DNA from: an uncultured Bacteroidales bacterium
Lineage (GTDB): Bacteria; Bacteroidota; Bacteroidia; Bacteroidales; UBA10428
Assembly: GCA_963748095.1 (NCBI GenBank)
Contig: CAVVIO010000012.1
Span: 23,237-87,236, forward strand
Reading direction: 5' to 3'
Length of the DNA stretch: 64,000 bases
Shown: piece after piece, positions 1 through 10,137 of the stretch
Numbering within the stretch: position 1 is the stretch's first letter
Layout of the letters: each line of letters begins with the position of its first letter
The notes under the pieces: model-generated
Told to the model about the DNA's origin: nothing
Seen by the model: only the letters and a program-made list of their open reading frames with translations
Database searches by the model: none
Translations under genes and position numbers: made by a program

Positions 1-1
1 A

Positions 2-115
2 ACCATAGTTAAAAAAATAATTGAAATGTGGGGAGGAAAAATCTGGTTGCAATCAGTACCGGGACAGGGATCAACATTCTTTTTCACAATTCCGGAAAAA
101 ATTAAAATTTCTTAG
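2..115 (+). CDS. 3' end of a sensor histidine kinase gene (HATPase_c C-terminus); the 5' part lies outside the window
   Basis: The frame from nt 2 reads [37 protein letters not shown]-stop. This is the typical G2-box/ATP-lid end of a histidine kinase catalytic domain. Confidence 0.6.
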   Translation, partial: TIVKKIIEMWGGKIWLQSVPGQGSTFFFTIPEKIKIS

Positions 116-151
116 GATTTATTTGAAAGAGTAATTGATAAATCCGGTTTA

Positions 152-1384
152 TTAATTTTTAATCAGTGCCCTTACACGTTGCAGTAAAGGAGGATGTGAA
201 TAATGAAAGAAAACGTAAGCCGGATGTGGGGTCAGGTTACTCAGATTTTTAGAAGTAAGTTTTTTTAATGCTGTTATCAATGGTTCAGCTTTATAATTTT
301 CTTTTGCATATAGATCGGCTGCATATTCATTTTTTCTCGATAAGATATTCATTCCAATTCCGACTACCAGGGATATTGGGCTATATAGTATTCCGAACGC
401 TATCAATCCAAGTTGGAAAAATGGTTTCTCAGATCCTAAAGCATGCGAAAGAGCCGGATTTGCCAACATTAATGATAAAATATATAAAGTAATTCCTGTT
501 TGTACGATACCGGCCAGTATACCCGTAAGCGTGTGTTTTTTCTTATAATGGCCTATTTCATGCGCCAGCACTCCTACAATTTCATCAGTAGTCATATCAT
601 TAATAAGTGTATCGTATAATACGATTCTTTTTTTTGCACCTAGTCCGCTAAAATAAGCATTGGCCTTGGTCGATCTTTTTGAACCATCGATTACAAAAAT
701 ATTATCCAGCTTAAAACCAACTTTGTTGCTGAATGTTTCAATGGCTTTTCGTAAGTCTCCTTCTTCAAGTGGCGTCTGTTTATTAAAAAGAGGTACAATT
801 AGTGAAGAATAGAACATTGTCATGAATATTGTGAATGCACTTATAGCTATCCAGGCATATAGCCAGAAATAGTCAGTAGTTAACTGATAAAACCAAATGA
901 TGAGCGCAAGTATTCCTCCCCCTAATATTGCTCCCAGTGCCCAGCCTTTCAGTTTATCAAAAATAAAGGTTTTGATTGTCATCTTATTAAAACCGAATCT
1001 TTCTTCTATTACAAAAGTATCGTATAAACTAAAAGGTATATTAATAAGATCGGAGGCAAACATTATTATTCCAAAAAATATCAAGGCCCCTATAATTGGA
1101 TTTGTGGATACTTCTAATGCAATATTATTCACATAACTAAATCCTCTCAAAAACAGCATCAGCAAAATAAGCCCGAAACTAAGGGTACTCGTAATCATGG
1201 AAAAACGATCATTCACCCGTTTATATTCCTGCTGTTTTTTGTATTTTTCTTCATCGTATATTCCTTCCAGTTCAGATGGGAGATTAACGGATATCTTGGA
1301 TGTATTCAGTAAATCAAGTATTCGTTCCAGCAGATAATTAAAAATTGTTATACTTATAATCAAATAAAAAACAGTATTATGCAT
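152..1384 (-). CDS. M48 family zinc metallopeptidase (Ste24/HtpX-like)
   Basis: 410-aa ORF with several TM helices. It has the HExxH motif in LAHEIGHYKKKH and a downstream glutamate motif (NEYAADLYA). Confidence 0.85.
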   Translation of the reverse strand: MHNTVFYLIISITIFNYLLERILDLLNTSKISVNLPSELEGIYDEEKYKKQQEYKRVNDRFSMITSTLSFGLILLMLFLRGFSYVNNIALEVSTNPIIGALIFFGIIMFASDLINIPFSLYDTFVIEERFGFNKMTIKTFIFDKLKGWALGAILGGGILALIIWFYQLTTDYFWLYAWIAISAFTIFMTMFYSSLIVPLFNKQTPLEEGDLRKAIETFSNKVGFKLDNIFVIDGSKRSTKANAYFSGLGAKKRIVLYDTLINDMTTDEIVGVLAHEIGHYKKKHTLTGILAGIVQTGITLYILSLMLANPALSHALGSEKPFFQLGLIAFGILYSPISLVVGIGMNILSRKNEYAADLYAKENYKAEPLITALKKLTSKNLSNLTPHPAYVFFHYSHPPLLQRVRALIKN

Positions 1385-1508
1385 CGTAATCCGTTAATAA
1401 GTTAAGTGCGCAAAAGTAATAATAAAATAATGAAAATGCCATGTAAACACAAACACATCATCCGGCCTTTTGTTTGTAGCCCAAGAATATAAAATTATGA
1501 GTTAACTT

Positions 1509-2546
1509 TCATTGATTTAATTGTGAATCAATGATCTTATTCACTTGCAGTCTGGTTTCCAAAATTTTCCAGTATTTTTTTGTAATGGGATTATCACTCA
1601 AAGTATCCGATTTTTCAATCCATGGTATAGCCAGATCTATCCTGTTCTGCATTTCACAGGCGAGCGCCATATTAAAAGCGGCCCTCGCGGCTATCTTTTT
1701 ATCAGGATTTAGGGTTTGAGGATTCCAAAATTCTGCAGCTTTCTTCCATTCGTTTTTTCTTATATATTTTTTTGCCAAACGAAATTTTTTATTTCCGGCT
1801 ATAAAATAAATACGATTAATTCCATCTGCCCAATAAGGAGCTATTCGTCTGCCATATTCGGTCCCTGCTTTATTAAAAGATTTAATGATCATATTCTCAA
1901 CTGTTGGAAAATTGGAAGAAGCATCTGTGAAAGTTAATTCTATACTTTTCCATTTTAATGTATCAGATTGTGAATAATAATCATCTATTTGATAATTATA
2001 TGGATCATATAATTTCCAAATTGTTTTAATAAATATTAAATAATCAATTGTATAGTAACCAAAAAAATTCGTGTTTATAAACAGTGAATCACTTAAATTG
2101 AAATATTCCAGAGCCAATAATCCATCTGTACTGTCAGTATCGCATTTTTTCTTTACATCGGCCCATGGAATAGAAGGATCAGGATGATGAATGTTTTTTA
2201 TCCCTTCATAATTTCCAGATATTTTAACTCGCTGGTAACGAGGTGATTTCTCCAGTACATCTGAAACTGCATATAGTCCTTCTGCTGACAATGGGTAGTA
2301 ATTTTTTGTTGAATCCAATATTACGTCATTCAATGAGTCCAGGCTACCTTTAATATTTTCAGGGTAAACACGGGATACTAAACTCAGGCTTTTTACATTA
2401 CCTGGAATCTTTTTATCAGCAGGAACAAGAATACTGATACTGATGTCTTCCGTAGGGGAACAGGCAGTCACAAGAATCATAAGTAACAGCAGAATAATGC
2501 AATATGGAGACTTTTGAAACATTAATTTGGCTTTTCTGCACCTCAC
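1509..2546 (-). CDS. hypothetical lipoprotein with a TPR-like C-terminus
   Basis: Signal peptide plus lipobox (LLLLMILVTAC-SP). The real start is probably the Met at 2522. The C-terminal WKKAAEFW...AARAAFNMALACE looks like a TPR helix pair. Confidence 0.5.
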   Translation of the reverse strand: MRCRKAKLMFQKSPYCIILLLLMILVTACSPTEDISISILVPADKKIPGNVKSLSLVSRVYPENIKGSLDSLNDVILDSTKNYYPLSAEGLYAVSDVLEKSPRYQRVKISGNYEGIKNIHHPDPSIPWADVKKKCDTDSTDGLLALEYFNLSDSLFINTNFFGYYTIDYLIFIKTIWKLYDPYNYQIDDYYSQSDTLKWKSIELTFTDASSNFPTVENMIIKSFNKAGTEYGRRIAPYWADGINRIYFIAGNKKFRLAKKYIRKNEWKKAAEFWNPQTLNPDKKIAARAAFNMALACEMQNRIDLAIPWIEKSDTLSDNPITKKYWKILETRLQVNKIIDSQLNQ

Positions 2547-2644
2547 TATTTTATGCTGTTTTTATACTAAAAGAATAAATTATTAACAAAAAATATACCA
2601 AATAACTTAATATAGATCCCCTATAAATTATCATTTTTTAAAAA

Positions 2645-2714
2645 GAAATAGCCTGATATAAAGTTTTAAAGTTTAGATTTGAATTTAAAAATAAAACTTT
2701 ATACCAGGCTATTT
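2645..2714 (-). terminator. long hairpin downstream of fabG, putative intrinsic terminator
   Basis: 22-nt arms (2645-2667 and 2693-2714, one mismatch) around a ~25-nt loop. A T-rich tract follows on the minus strand, directly after the fabG stop. Confidence 0.5.
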
Positions 2715-2731
2715 TCAATCCTTTAATATCA

Positions 2732-3478
2732 TCAGGTTTTCATTGCTCCGCAAATATTCAAAACCTGGCCACTTACATAAGAAGCAAGGTCGGAAGCCAG
2801 GAACAATACCACTTTAGCAACTTCTTCAGGGGTACCACCCCTTCTCAAAGGAATCTGACTTTCCCATTGTTTCCTTACATCTTCAGGTAATTTATCGGTC
2901 ATTTCTGTAAGAATAAATCCGGGCGCTACTGCATTGCAACGTACATTTCTCGAACCCAGTTCCTGTGCAATGGATTTGGTAAATCCGATAATTCCAGCTT
3001 TGGATGCAGAATAGTTTGCCTGTCCTGCATTACCGCCAACACCCACCACTGAACTCAGATTCACAATCGACCCTGTTCTGTTTTTCAACATTATTTTCTG
3101 AACGGCTTTTGTGAAATTAAATACAGATTTCAGGTTTACGCTGATCACAGTATCCCATTGCTGTTCGGTCATACGCATCAGGAGTGTATCCATAGTGATG
3201 CCGGCATTATTGACCAGTACATCTACAGTACCAAATTCTTTCACTATTTCATCAACTACTTTTTCTGTCTCGGCATAATTGCTGGCATCGGAAGCATAGG
3301 CTTTTGCTTTTACTCCGAGCGCCAATAACTCTTTCTCTGTAGCCTGGGCATTTTCATCATATTTCAGGTCGGTAAAGGCTACATTTGCACCTTCCTGTGC
3401 AAATTTAATTGCTATAGCTTTACCTATTCCCCGGGCTGCACCGGTTACAATTGCAGTTTTTCCTTCGAGTAATTTCAT
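2732..3478 (-). CDS. fabG: 3-oxoacyl-[acyl-carrier-protein] reductase (SDR family)
   Basis: 248 aa with the TGAARGIG cofactor motif, NNAG, and the S...YSASK catalytic triad. Length and end-to-end sequence are typical of FabG. Confidence 0.9.
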   Translation of the reverse strand: MKLLEGKTAIVTGAARGIGKAIAIKFAQEGANVAFTDLKYDENAQATEKELLALGVKAKAYASDASNYAETEKVVDEIVKEFGTVDVLVNNAGITMDTLLMRMTEQQWDTVISVNLKSVFNFTKAVQKIMLKNRTGSIVNLSSVVGVGGNAGQANYSASKAGIIGFTKSIAQELGSRNVRCNAVAPGFILTEMTDKLPEDVRKQWESQIPLRRGGTPEEVAKVVLFLASDLASYVSGQVLNICGAMKT

Positions 3479-3574
3479 GTTAATGGTTTTTATTTGAACT
3501 TCAAATTAAACAAAGTTATACGATATTTTCAAGAGTCATTTATTCGTAAAACTTTTAAATATGGAAATTATATT

Positions 3575-3598
3575 AAAAAAGCCAGCAAAAGGCTGGCC
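3575..3598 (-). terminator. Rho-independent terminator of sucD
   Basis: On the minus strand, GCCAGC-cuuuu-GCUGGC is followed by a T6 run, 10 nt after the sucD stop. Confidence 0.7.
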
Positions 3599-3608
3599 AT
3601 AAAGGTTA

Positions 3609-4487
3609 TTATTTGTTATTCTTTAGCGCTTCAGCCATTGCTTTTCCAATATTGGCAGGTGATTCTACTACGTGTATCCCGCATTCGCGCATAATTTTCA
3701 TTTTGGCTGCGGCTGTATCATCCGCCCCACCGATTATAGCTCCGGCATGTCCCATCCGGCGACCTTTGGGAGCTGTTTGTCCGGCAATGAACCCAACCAC
3801 GGGCTTGGTGCCGTTTTCTTTTATCCAGCGGGCAGCTTCGGCTTCCATGCTCCCTCCGATTTCCCCGATCATTATAATTCCTTCGGTTTCTTTGTCTGCC
3901 ATTAGTAGCTTTATTGCTTCAAGAGTTGTAGTTCCGATAATAGGATCACCACCTATACCAATACAGGTAGATTGTCCTAATCCTACTTTGGTAATCTGAT
4001 CTACTGCTTCATAAGTCAATGTCCCCGAACGGGAAACTATACCAATAGTGCCTTTCCGATGAATAAATCCCGGCATAATACCCACTTTAGCTTCATCCGG
4101 TGTGATGATGCCAGGGCAATTTGGTCCGACCAGCCGGACATCTTTCCCAACAAGGTATTCCTTAACTTTTACCATATCAGAAGTCGGTATTCCTTCGGTA
4201 ATACAAACAATTACCTTAATACCGGCCTGAGCAGCTTCCATAATGGCATCGGCTGCAAATGCCGGTGGCACAAATATTACGGATATATCTGCACCGGTTT
4301 GCTTTACTGCATCCTCTACTGTATTGAATACAGGTTTATCAAGATGAGTTTGTCCACCTTTACCAGGAGTAACACCTCCTACTACATTTGTTCCGTATTC
4401 GATCATCTGGCCGGCATGAAAAGTACCTTCGCTTCCGGTAAACCCCTGAACAACAACTTTGGAATTTTTATTTACTAATACACTCAT
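3609..4487 (-). CDS. sucD: succinate--CoA ligase (ADP-forming) subunit alpha
   Basis: 292 aa. Motifs present: [14 protein letters not shown], the SRSGTLTYE phosphohistidine loop region, and GHAGAII. Confidence 0.95.
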   Translation of the reverse strand: MSVLVNKNSKVVVQGFTGSEGTFHAGQMIEYGTNVVGGVTPGKGGQTHLDKPVFNTVEDAVKQTGADISVIFVPPAFAADAIMEAAQAGIKVIVCITEGIPTSDMVKVKEYLVGKDVRLVGPNCPGIITPDEAKVGIMPGFIHRKGTIGIVSRSGTLTYEAVDQITKVGLGQSTCIGIGGDPIIGTTTLEAIKLLMADKETEGIIMIGEIGGSMEAEAARWIKENGTKPVVGFIAGQTAPKGRRMGHAGAIIGGADDTAAAKMKIMRECGIHVVESPANIGKAMAEALKNNK

Positions 4488-4830
4488 TATTTTTAGCTAA
4501 TTTAAAACTGATGCCAAAAATAAATTATTTTTGGCTGGTTTACAATTTCACCTGTCCTTTTCTGAATTATTTCAACAGATTGATCATAGAAACTACTATC
4601 CTTCCGAGAATGGTGAGATTAATTGCATTGACAAAATTTCATATTTATTCATCAGGTTAATATTCTTACCCGGTTACCTTCTTTAAGACATTATTTTTCA
4701 ATTGATATCAAGTATAATTTTATCAACATATTTCAAACTATACCCTGTTTTAAATGGGGATGTTTCTTTATATTTAATATTAATTTTACAACCATGCCGG
4801 TATAAATTTAGGGGGATATAAAAATTATAT

Positions 4831-4838
4831 TACTTTTG
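4831..4838 (+). promoter_or_regulatory. Bacteroidota -7 promoter box (TAnnTTTG) upstream of amt
   Basis: TACTTTTG lies 48 nt upstream of the ATG at 4886 and matches the known Bacteroides sigma-A -7 consensus. Confidence 0.45.
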
Positions 4839-4885
4839 CACCGAATTTTAATATTTATACATTTCATCATTTAATTACATATACA

Positions 4886-6100
4886 ATGTTTGATACCGGA
4901 CTTACGGCTTTTATGATTTTGGCCACCAGTTTAGTAATGCTAATGACACCAGGACTTGCTTTTTTTTATGGCGGACTGGTAGGTAAAAGAAATATCCTGA
5001 ATGTAATGATCCAGAGTTTCGTCTCTATGGGAATCACAACGGTGTTATGGTTTTCTTTTGGTTATTCCCTCTGTTTCAGCGGTGGCGAAGGTGAAATAAT
5101 TGGAAACTTACATAAAGTTTTTCTAAACGGAGTTACACCTGATTCAGTATTTTCTGCGGATAAACGTTTTCCTGAAATAGTATTTATAGCTTACCAGATG
5201 ATGTTTGCCATCATTACCCCTGCCCTTATAACCGGTGCTTTTGTACACAGGGTAACATTCAAAGCTTATCTGATCTTTTTAGTCGTATGGCAGGTGTTTG
5301 TTTATTATCCCTTTGTACATATGATATGGGGAGGCGGATTGCTTGCAAAATGGGGTGTGCTGGATTTTGCCGGAGGTGTAGTGGTTCATACCACGGCTGG
5401 TTTTGCGGCACTTGCATCGGTATTTTATGTTGGATCACGTCACGTTAAAAATCATAAGCCCAACAGTGTTCCGTTAATGGCTGTAGGATCAGCTCTTCTT
5501 TGGTTCGGATGGTATGGTTTTAATGCCGGAAGCGAATTACAAATGAATGGTATAACAGCGATGGCCTTTTTAAATACGGATATCTCTGCATCCGTAGCAG
5601 CAGTAGTCTGGCTGATCCTGGACTGGACCATTGGAAAATATAAACGTCCGACATTTATCGGTTTACTGACAGGATCTGTTGCCGGACTGGCTACCATCAC
5701 GCCTGCAGCAGGTTATGTAACCATGCACATGGCTTTTATTATTGGAATAATTGCATCTGTAAGTTGTTTCTATGCCGTGAAAATTAAAGAAAGAATGGAT
5801 TGGGACGACGCTTTGGATGTTTGGGGAGTACATGGTGTCGGTGGTCTTGTCGGTACTATACTTTTAGGTATATTCGCTACAAAAAGTATCAATCCTAATG
5901 GTGCGGATGGTTTGATTTATGGTAACTTTTCCTTTTTCTTTAAAGAGATCGTTACCATCATAATAGCAGCACTTTATGCTTTCATTTTCACCTATATGAT
6001 GTTAAAAATGATTAATCTGATAACACGTGTCAGGGTTTCTCCTGAAGAAGAAGAAATGGGACTCGATGCAGTTTTTCATGGTGAACAGGCAAGGGATTAG
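4886..6100 (+). CDS. amt: ammonium transporter (Amt/MEP family)
   Basis: 404 aa with about 11 TM helices. Conserved DFAGGVVVH and WGVHGVGG motifs are present. Confidence 0.9.
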   Translation: MFDTGLTAFMILATSLVMLMTPGLAFFYGGLVGKRNILNVMIQSFVSMGITTVLWFSFGYSLCFSGGEGEIIGNLHKVFLNGVTPDSVFSADKRFPEIVFIAYQMMFAIITPALITGAFVHRVTFKAYLIFLVVWQVFVYYPFVHMIWGGGLLAKWGVLDFAGGVVVHTTAGFAALASVFYVGSRHVKNHKPNSVPLMAVGSALLWFGWYGFNAGSELQMNGITAMAFLNTDISASVAAVVWLILDWTIGKYKRPTFIGLLTGSVAGLATITPAAGYVTMHMAFIIGIIASVSCFYAVKIKERMDWDDALDVWGVHGVGGLVGTILLGIFATKSINPNGADGLIYGNFSFFFKEIVTIIIAALYAFIFTYMMLKMINLITRVRVSPEEEEMGLDAVFHGEQARD

Positions 6101-6274
6101 AAATTTTTGAATAAATAATTTTAGTATTCCCATACTTAATGGATTATTGAAAATGGTTTTGTAAAAGGGAAGTTTACAGACATATTGTAATAATATGTAT
6201 TCCTATAGTTAATACATTTTATAAATAGTTAATATCTGGACAACTGAAAAACCTGAAAAAAAAATTAGTTTTCC

Positions 6275-6282
6275 TACTTTTG
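6275..6282 (+). promoter_or_regulatory. Bacteroidota -7 promoter box upstream of purL
   Basis: TACTTTTG lies 32 nt upstream of the ATG at 6314. Confidence 0.45.
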
Positions 6283-6313
6283 CCGCATATAGTACACTAT
6301 AAATTATCCGAAC

Positions 6314-9166
6314 ATGATATCCATTTTTAAAAACCGGTCAGATTACGTTTTTGTTGTAGAATCAATAGATACACCCGATAAAAATACGGTAGAAAAACTC
6401 TGCTGGTTGTTCGGTAATGCCACATTGATCAAGGAAACTTCTGTCAACGGATACTTTATCGGCCCCCGGAAAGAAATGATCACTCCATGGAGTACCAATG
6501 CTGTGGAGATTACTCAAAATATGGGGATCGGTTCCATAAAAAGAATTGAACAGTTTTTCGGGGTTCCGGATAAATCGGCAGAATACGATCCCATGTTACA
6601 AAAGATATATGAAGGAATTGATCAAAATATCTTTACTATAAATCACCAACCCGAACCGATATTATTTATTGATAATATTGCCACTTACAATCAAAAGGAA
6701 GGCCTGGCGCTAAATGAAGAAGAAATAAAATACCTGGATGAATTGAGCAGTAAACTGGGAAGAAAACTCACCGATAGTGAAATCTTTGGTTTTTCCCAGG
6801 TAAACTCAGAACATTGCCGTCATAAAATTTTTAATGGTACTTTTATTATTGATGGAAAAGAAATGGATAAATCGTTGTTTCAGCTAATTAAGCAAACAAC
6901 CATTTCGAACCCTAACCGCGTTGTATCAGCCTACAAAGATAATTGTGCCTTTGTAGATGGGCCTGTTATTGAACAATTTGCCCCGGCAACCCAGAACAAG
7001 CCGGATTATTTCGAAATAAAAGAAACCGAATCGGTTATATCACTGAAAGCAGAAACTCATAATTTCCCTACTACTGTTGAACCTTTTAATGGAGCCGCTA
7101 CCGGAACCGGCGGTGAAATACGCGACCGTATCGGAGGCGGTAAAGCAGCCATACCGATGGCTGGTACCGCGGTTTACATGACTTCCTATCCCCGCCTGGA
7201 TAATGGACGATCCTGGGAAAAGAAAGATCCTCCCCGCAAATGGCTTTATCAGAGTCCCGAACAAATTCTTATTAAAGCATCTAACGGGGCAAGCGATTTT
7301 GGTAATAAATTCGGACAACCCCTGATATGCGGCAGCGTGCTTACCTTTGAACATTCGGAGAATAATAAACAATTTGGTTTCGACAAAGTAATAATGCTGG
7401 CCGGGGGAATCGGTTACGGAAAGAAAAAGGACAGTGAGAAAGGCATCCCCGGAAAAAATGATAAAATTATTCTATTGGGCGGTGATAATTACAGGATCGG
7501 TATGGGAGGTGGTGCCGTTTCATCGGTCGATACCGGTAAATTTGCCAATGCTATCGAATTAAATGCTGTTCAGCGTTCGAATCCCGAAATGCAAAAAAGA
7601 GTTTGCAATGCCATCAGGGCCCTGGCTGAAAGTGACGAAAATCCAATAATTTCCATACATGATCATGGCGCAGGCGGACACCTTAATTGTCTCTCTGAGT
7701 TGGTAGAAGCAACCGGTGGTAAAATAGATATGTCGAAATTACCTATAGGCGACCCTACCCTTTCGGATAAAGAAATAATAGGTAATGAATCCCAGGAACG
7801 AATGGGTCTGGTACTTAAAGAAAAAGATATTACCCTGCTGAAGGAAATTGCCGAACGTGAAAGAGCTCCGATGTACGTGATTGGTGAAACCACCGGAGAT
7901 CATCAGTTTACATTTGAAAATACGAATAAAAAGATAAACCCTCTCGACCTGCAACTGGCAGATATGTTTGGCAATCCACCAAGAACCATCATGAAGGATG
8001 AATCGGTATCTGCTAAATATAGTGAGTTTCAATATAACCCTTCAAAGTTGGATGAATACCTGCAGCAGGTTTTGCAACTCGAACAGGTAGCCTGTAAAGA
8101 CTGGTTGACAAATAAAGTCGATCGTTCGGTTACCGGTAAGGTGGCCAAGCAACAGACTGCCGGGGCAATACAGCTTCCATTAAATAACGTGGCTGTAGTA
8201 GCACTCGATCATACCAGTTATCGTGGAATAGCTACTTCTCTGGGTCATGCTCCGGTGAGCGGATTAATTGATCCCGAAAAAGGAACTATTCTTTCTATAG
8301 CTGAAGCACTTACGAATATAATCTGGGCTCCCATAGAGTTGGGTTTAAGAGGAATATCACTGAGCGCCAACTGGATGTGGCCCTGCCGAAACAAAGGTGA
8401 AGATGCACGGCTATATTCGGCAGTGAAGGCAGCAAGCGATTTTGCCCTTGGCCTGGGTATAAACATTCCCACGGGAAAAGATTCCCTGTCTATGACTCAG
8501 AAATATCCAGATGAACAATCTGTGCTTGCACCGGGTACGGTTATCATCTCGGCGGCAGCCGAAGTGATGGATATTCGAAAAACTGTTGAACCGGTATTAC
8601 AACCCGTTAAAGAATCGTTCATTCTGTATATTAACCTGTCGAAAGACGGATTTAAACTGGGGGGAAGCAGTTTTGCACAGGTTCTGAATAAACTTGGAAC
8701 AGAAACACCTTCTGTTATTGATATAGCTTACTTTGGAAAAGCTTTTAATGTGATACAGGATCTGGTGAAAAGAAACCTTATTCTGGCAGGTCACGATATT
8801 TCATCGGGAGGTATGATCACTGCCCTGCTGGAAATGACTTTTGCCCAACCCGGTATAGGCATGGATATCAATCTTGATTATTTCCCGGAAAAAGATACTA
8901 TTAAGATACTGTTCAGTGAAAATCCGGGATTGTTGATTCAGGTTGAAGATCTGTTACAGGTAGAAGAATACCTCAAAGAAAACAAGCTGGAATACTATGT
9001 GCTTGGATTACCTAATTTCGATAAGACAATTGGTATTACGCACGACCAGCAAAGATACGATCTTCCGATAGAGAAACTGCGTGATACCTGGTACCGTACC
9101 TCCTATTTGCTCGATCGTAAACAATGTGGTGATGAAAAGGCACTCGGCGCGTTTTTCCAATTATAA
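6314..9166 (+). CDS. purL: phosphoribosylformylglycinamidine synthase, large single-chain type; fragment 1 of 2 (N-terminal, linker and FGAM synthetase domains)
   Basis: 950 aa with typical PurL motifs (NSEHCRHKIF, ETHNFPTTVEPFNGAATGTGGEIRD, DHGAGG). The frame breaks near 9131-9152. Confidence 0.9.
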   Translation: MISIFKNRSDYVFVVESIDTPDKNTVEKLCWLFGNATLIKETSVNGYFIGPRKEMITPWSTNAVEITQNMGIGSIKRIEQFFGVPDKSAEYDPMLQKIYEGIDQNIFTINHQPEPILFIDNIATYNQKEGLALNEEEIKYLDELSSKLGRKLTDSEIFGFSQVNSEHCRHKIFNGTFIIDGKEMDKSLFQLIKQTTISNPNRVVSAYKDNCAFVDGPVIEQFAPATQNKPDYFEIKETESVISLKAETHNFPTTVEPFNGAATGTGGEIRDRIGGGKAAIPMAGTAVYMTSYPRLDNGRSWEKKDPPRKWLYQSPEQILIKASNGASDFGNKFGQPLICGSVLTFEHSENNKQFGFDKVIMLAGGIGYGKKKDSEKGIPGKNDKIILLGGDNYRIGMGGGAVSSVDTGKFANAIELNAVQRSNPEMQKRVCNAIRALAESDENPIISIHDHGAGGHLNCLSELVEATGGKIDMSKLPIGDPTLSDKEIIGNESQERMGLVLKEKDITLLKEIAERERAPMYVIGETTGDHQFTFENTNKKINPLDLQLADMFGNPPRTIMKDESVSAKYSEFQYNPSKLDEYLQQVLQLEQVACKDWLTNKVDRSVTGKVAKQQTAGAIQLPLNNVAVVALDHTSYRGIATSLGHAPVSGLIDPEKGTILSIAEALTNIIWAPIELGLRGISLSANWMWPCRNKGEDARLYSAVKAASDFALGLGINIPTGKDSLSMTQKYPDEQSVLAPGTVIISAAAEVMDIRKTVEPVLQPVKESFILYINLSKDGFKLGGSSFAQVLNKLGTETPSVIDIAYFGKAFNVIQDLVKRNLILAGHDISSGGMITALLEMTFAQPGIGMDINLDYFPEKDTIKILFSENPGLLIQVEDLLQVEEYLKENKLEYYVLGLPNFDKTIGITHDQQRYDLPIEKLRDTWYRTSYLLDRKQCGDEKALGAFFQL

Positions 9167-10007
9167 AAAACAAGCACTTCAATTTACATTTCCTGCTGAT
9201 TTCACCGGCAAAGCACAGCAATACAATATCGACTTAAAACGAAAAAATAAAACCGGGATACGTACTGCCATTATCCGCGAAAAAGGAGTGAATGGAGATC
9301 GTGAGATGGCATATTCCATGTATCTCGCCGGTATGGACGTGAAAGATGTACACATGACCGATCTGATTGCAGGCAGAGAAACTCTTGAAGATATTAATAT
9401 GATCGTGTTTGTAGGCGGTTTTTCCAATTCCGATGTTCTTGGCAGCGCCAAAGGATGGGCTGGTGCATTTTTGTACAATCCGAAAGCCAAACAGGCACTT
9501 GACAATTTTTATAAACGTGATGATACTTTAAGTCTGGGGGTATGCAATGGCTGTCAGCTCATGATAGAACTTGGGCTGATTACTAAAAAACATAAAAAAA
9601 TGCCTGAAATGTTATTCAATGAATCCCATAAATTTGAATCGGCTTTTATTAATGTTGATATACCCGAGAATAACTCCATAATGCTTCATTCACTTGCCGG
9701 AAGTCGTCTCGGAACATGGGTGGCACACGGAGAAGGAAAATTCAGTCTTCCGCTCGATGAAAATCAATATCATATTCCATTAAAATACTCTTATGCTGAA
9801 TACCCTGGAAATCCTAACGGTTCGGATTATAATACGGCTGCATTATGTTCGGAAGACGGTCGTCATCTGGCAATGATGCCTCACCTCGAACGATCGGTTT
9901 TTCCATGGAACTGGGCGCATTATCCGGCCGATCATAAAAGCGATGAAATAACACCCTGGGTGGAAGCTTTTGTGAATGCCCGTAATTGGATACAAACCAA
10001 AAAGTAA
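9081..10007 (+). CDS. purL: phosphoribosylformylglycinamidine synthase; fragment 2 of 2 (glutamine amidotransferase domain). Real coding continuity starts near 9150.
   Basis: GATase motifs are present: GVNGDREMA, GGFSNSDVLGS, the GVCNGCQLM catalytic Cys, and HGEG. It lies in the +1 frame relative to fragment 1. Confidence 0.9.
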   Translation: MIPGTVPPICSIVNNVVMKRHSARFSNYKKQALQFTFPADFTGKAQQYNIDLKRKNKTGIRTAIIREKGVNGDREMAYSMYLAGMDVKDVHMTDLIAGRETLEDINMIVFVGGFSNSDVLGSAKGWAGAFLYNPKAKQALDNFYKRDDTLSLGVCNGCQLMIELGLITKKHKKMPEMLFNESHKFESAFINVDIPENNSIMLHSLAGSRLGTWVAHGEGKFSLPLDENQYHIPLKYSYAEYPGNPNGSDYNTAALCSEDGRHLAMMPHLERSVFPWNWAHYPADHKSDEITPWVEAFVNARNWIQTKK

Positions 10008-10137
10008 GCCGACTTAAAATATGCCACTAATAATCGAAATTCCAGTCAATATCAAAAACAGACTTGCAGGTGTAAAAGCAGGTAATTAAAATTTTAAATT
10101 TTTAACTTCACAATACACTTAATAATCTGATTCGAAG

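Noticed and set aside
4886-6100. Ammonium transporter without an adjacent glnK/P-II gene, considered as an anomaly
   Set aside because: Stand-alone amt genes are common. Nothing in the flanks suggests a lost or novel partner.
9131-9166. Programmed +1 ribosomal frameshift in purL
   Set aside because: There is no slippery site, no rare-codon or stop-codon pause context of the prfB type, and no obvious stimulator. Many other genes in the window are also broken, which makes an indel far more likely.
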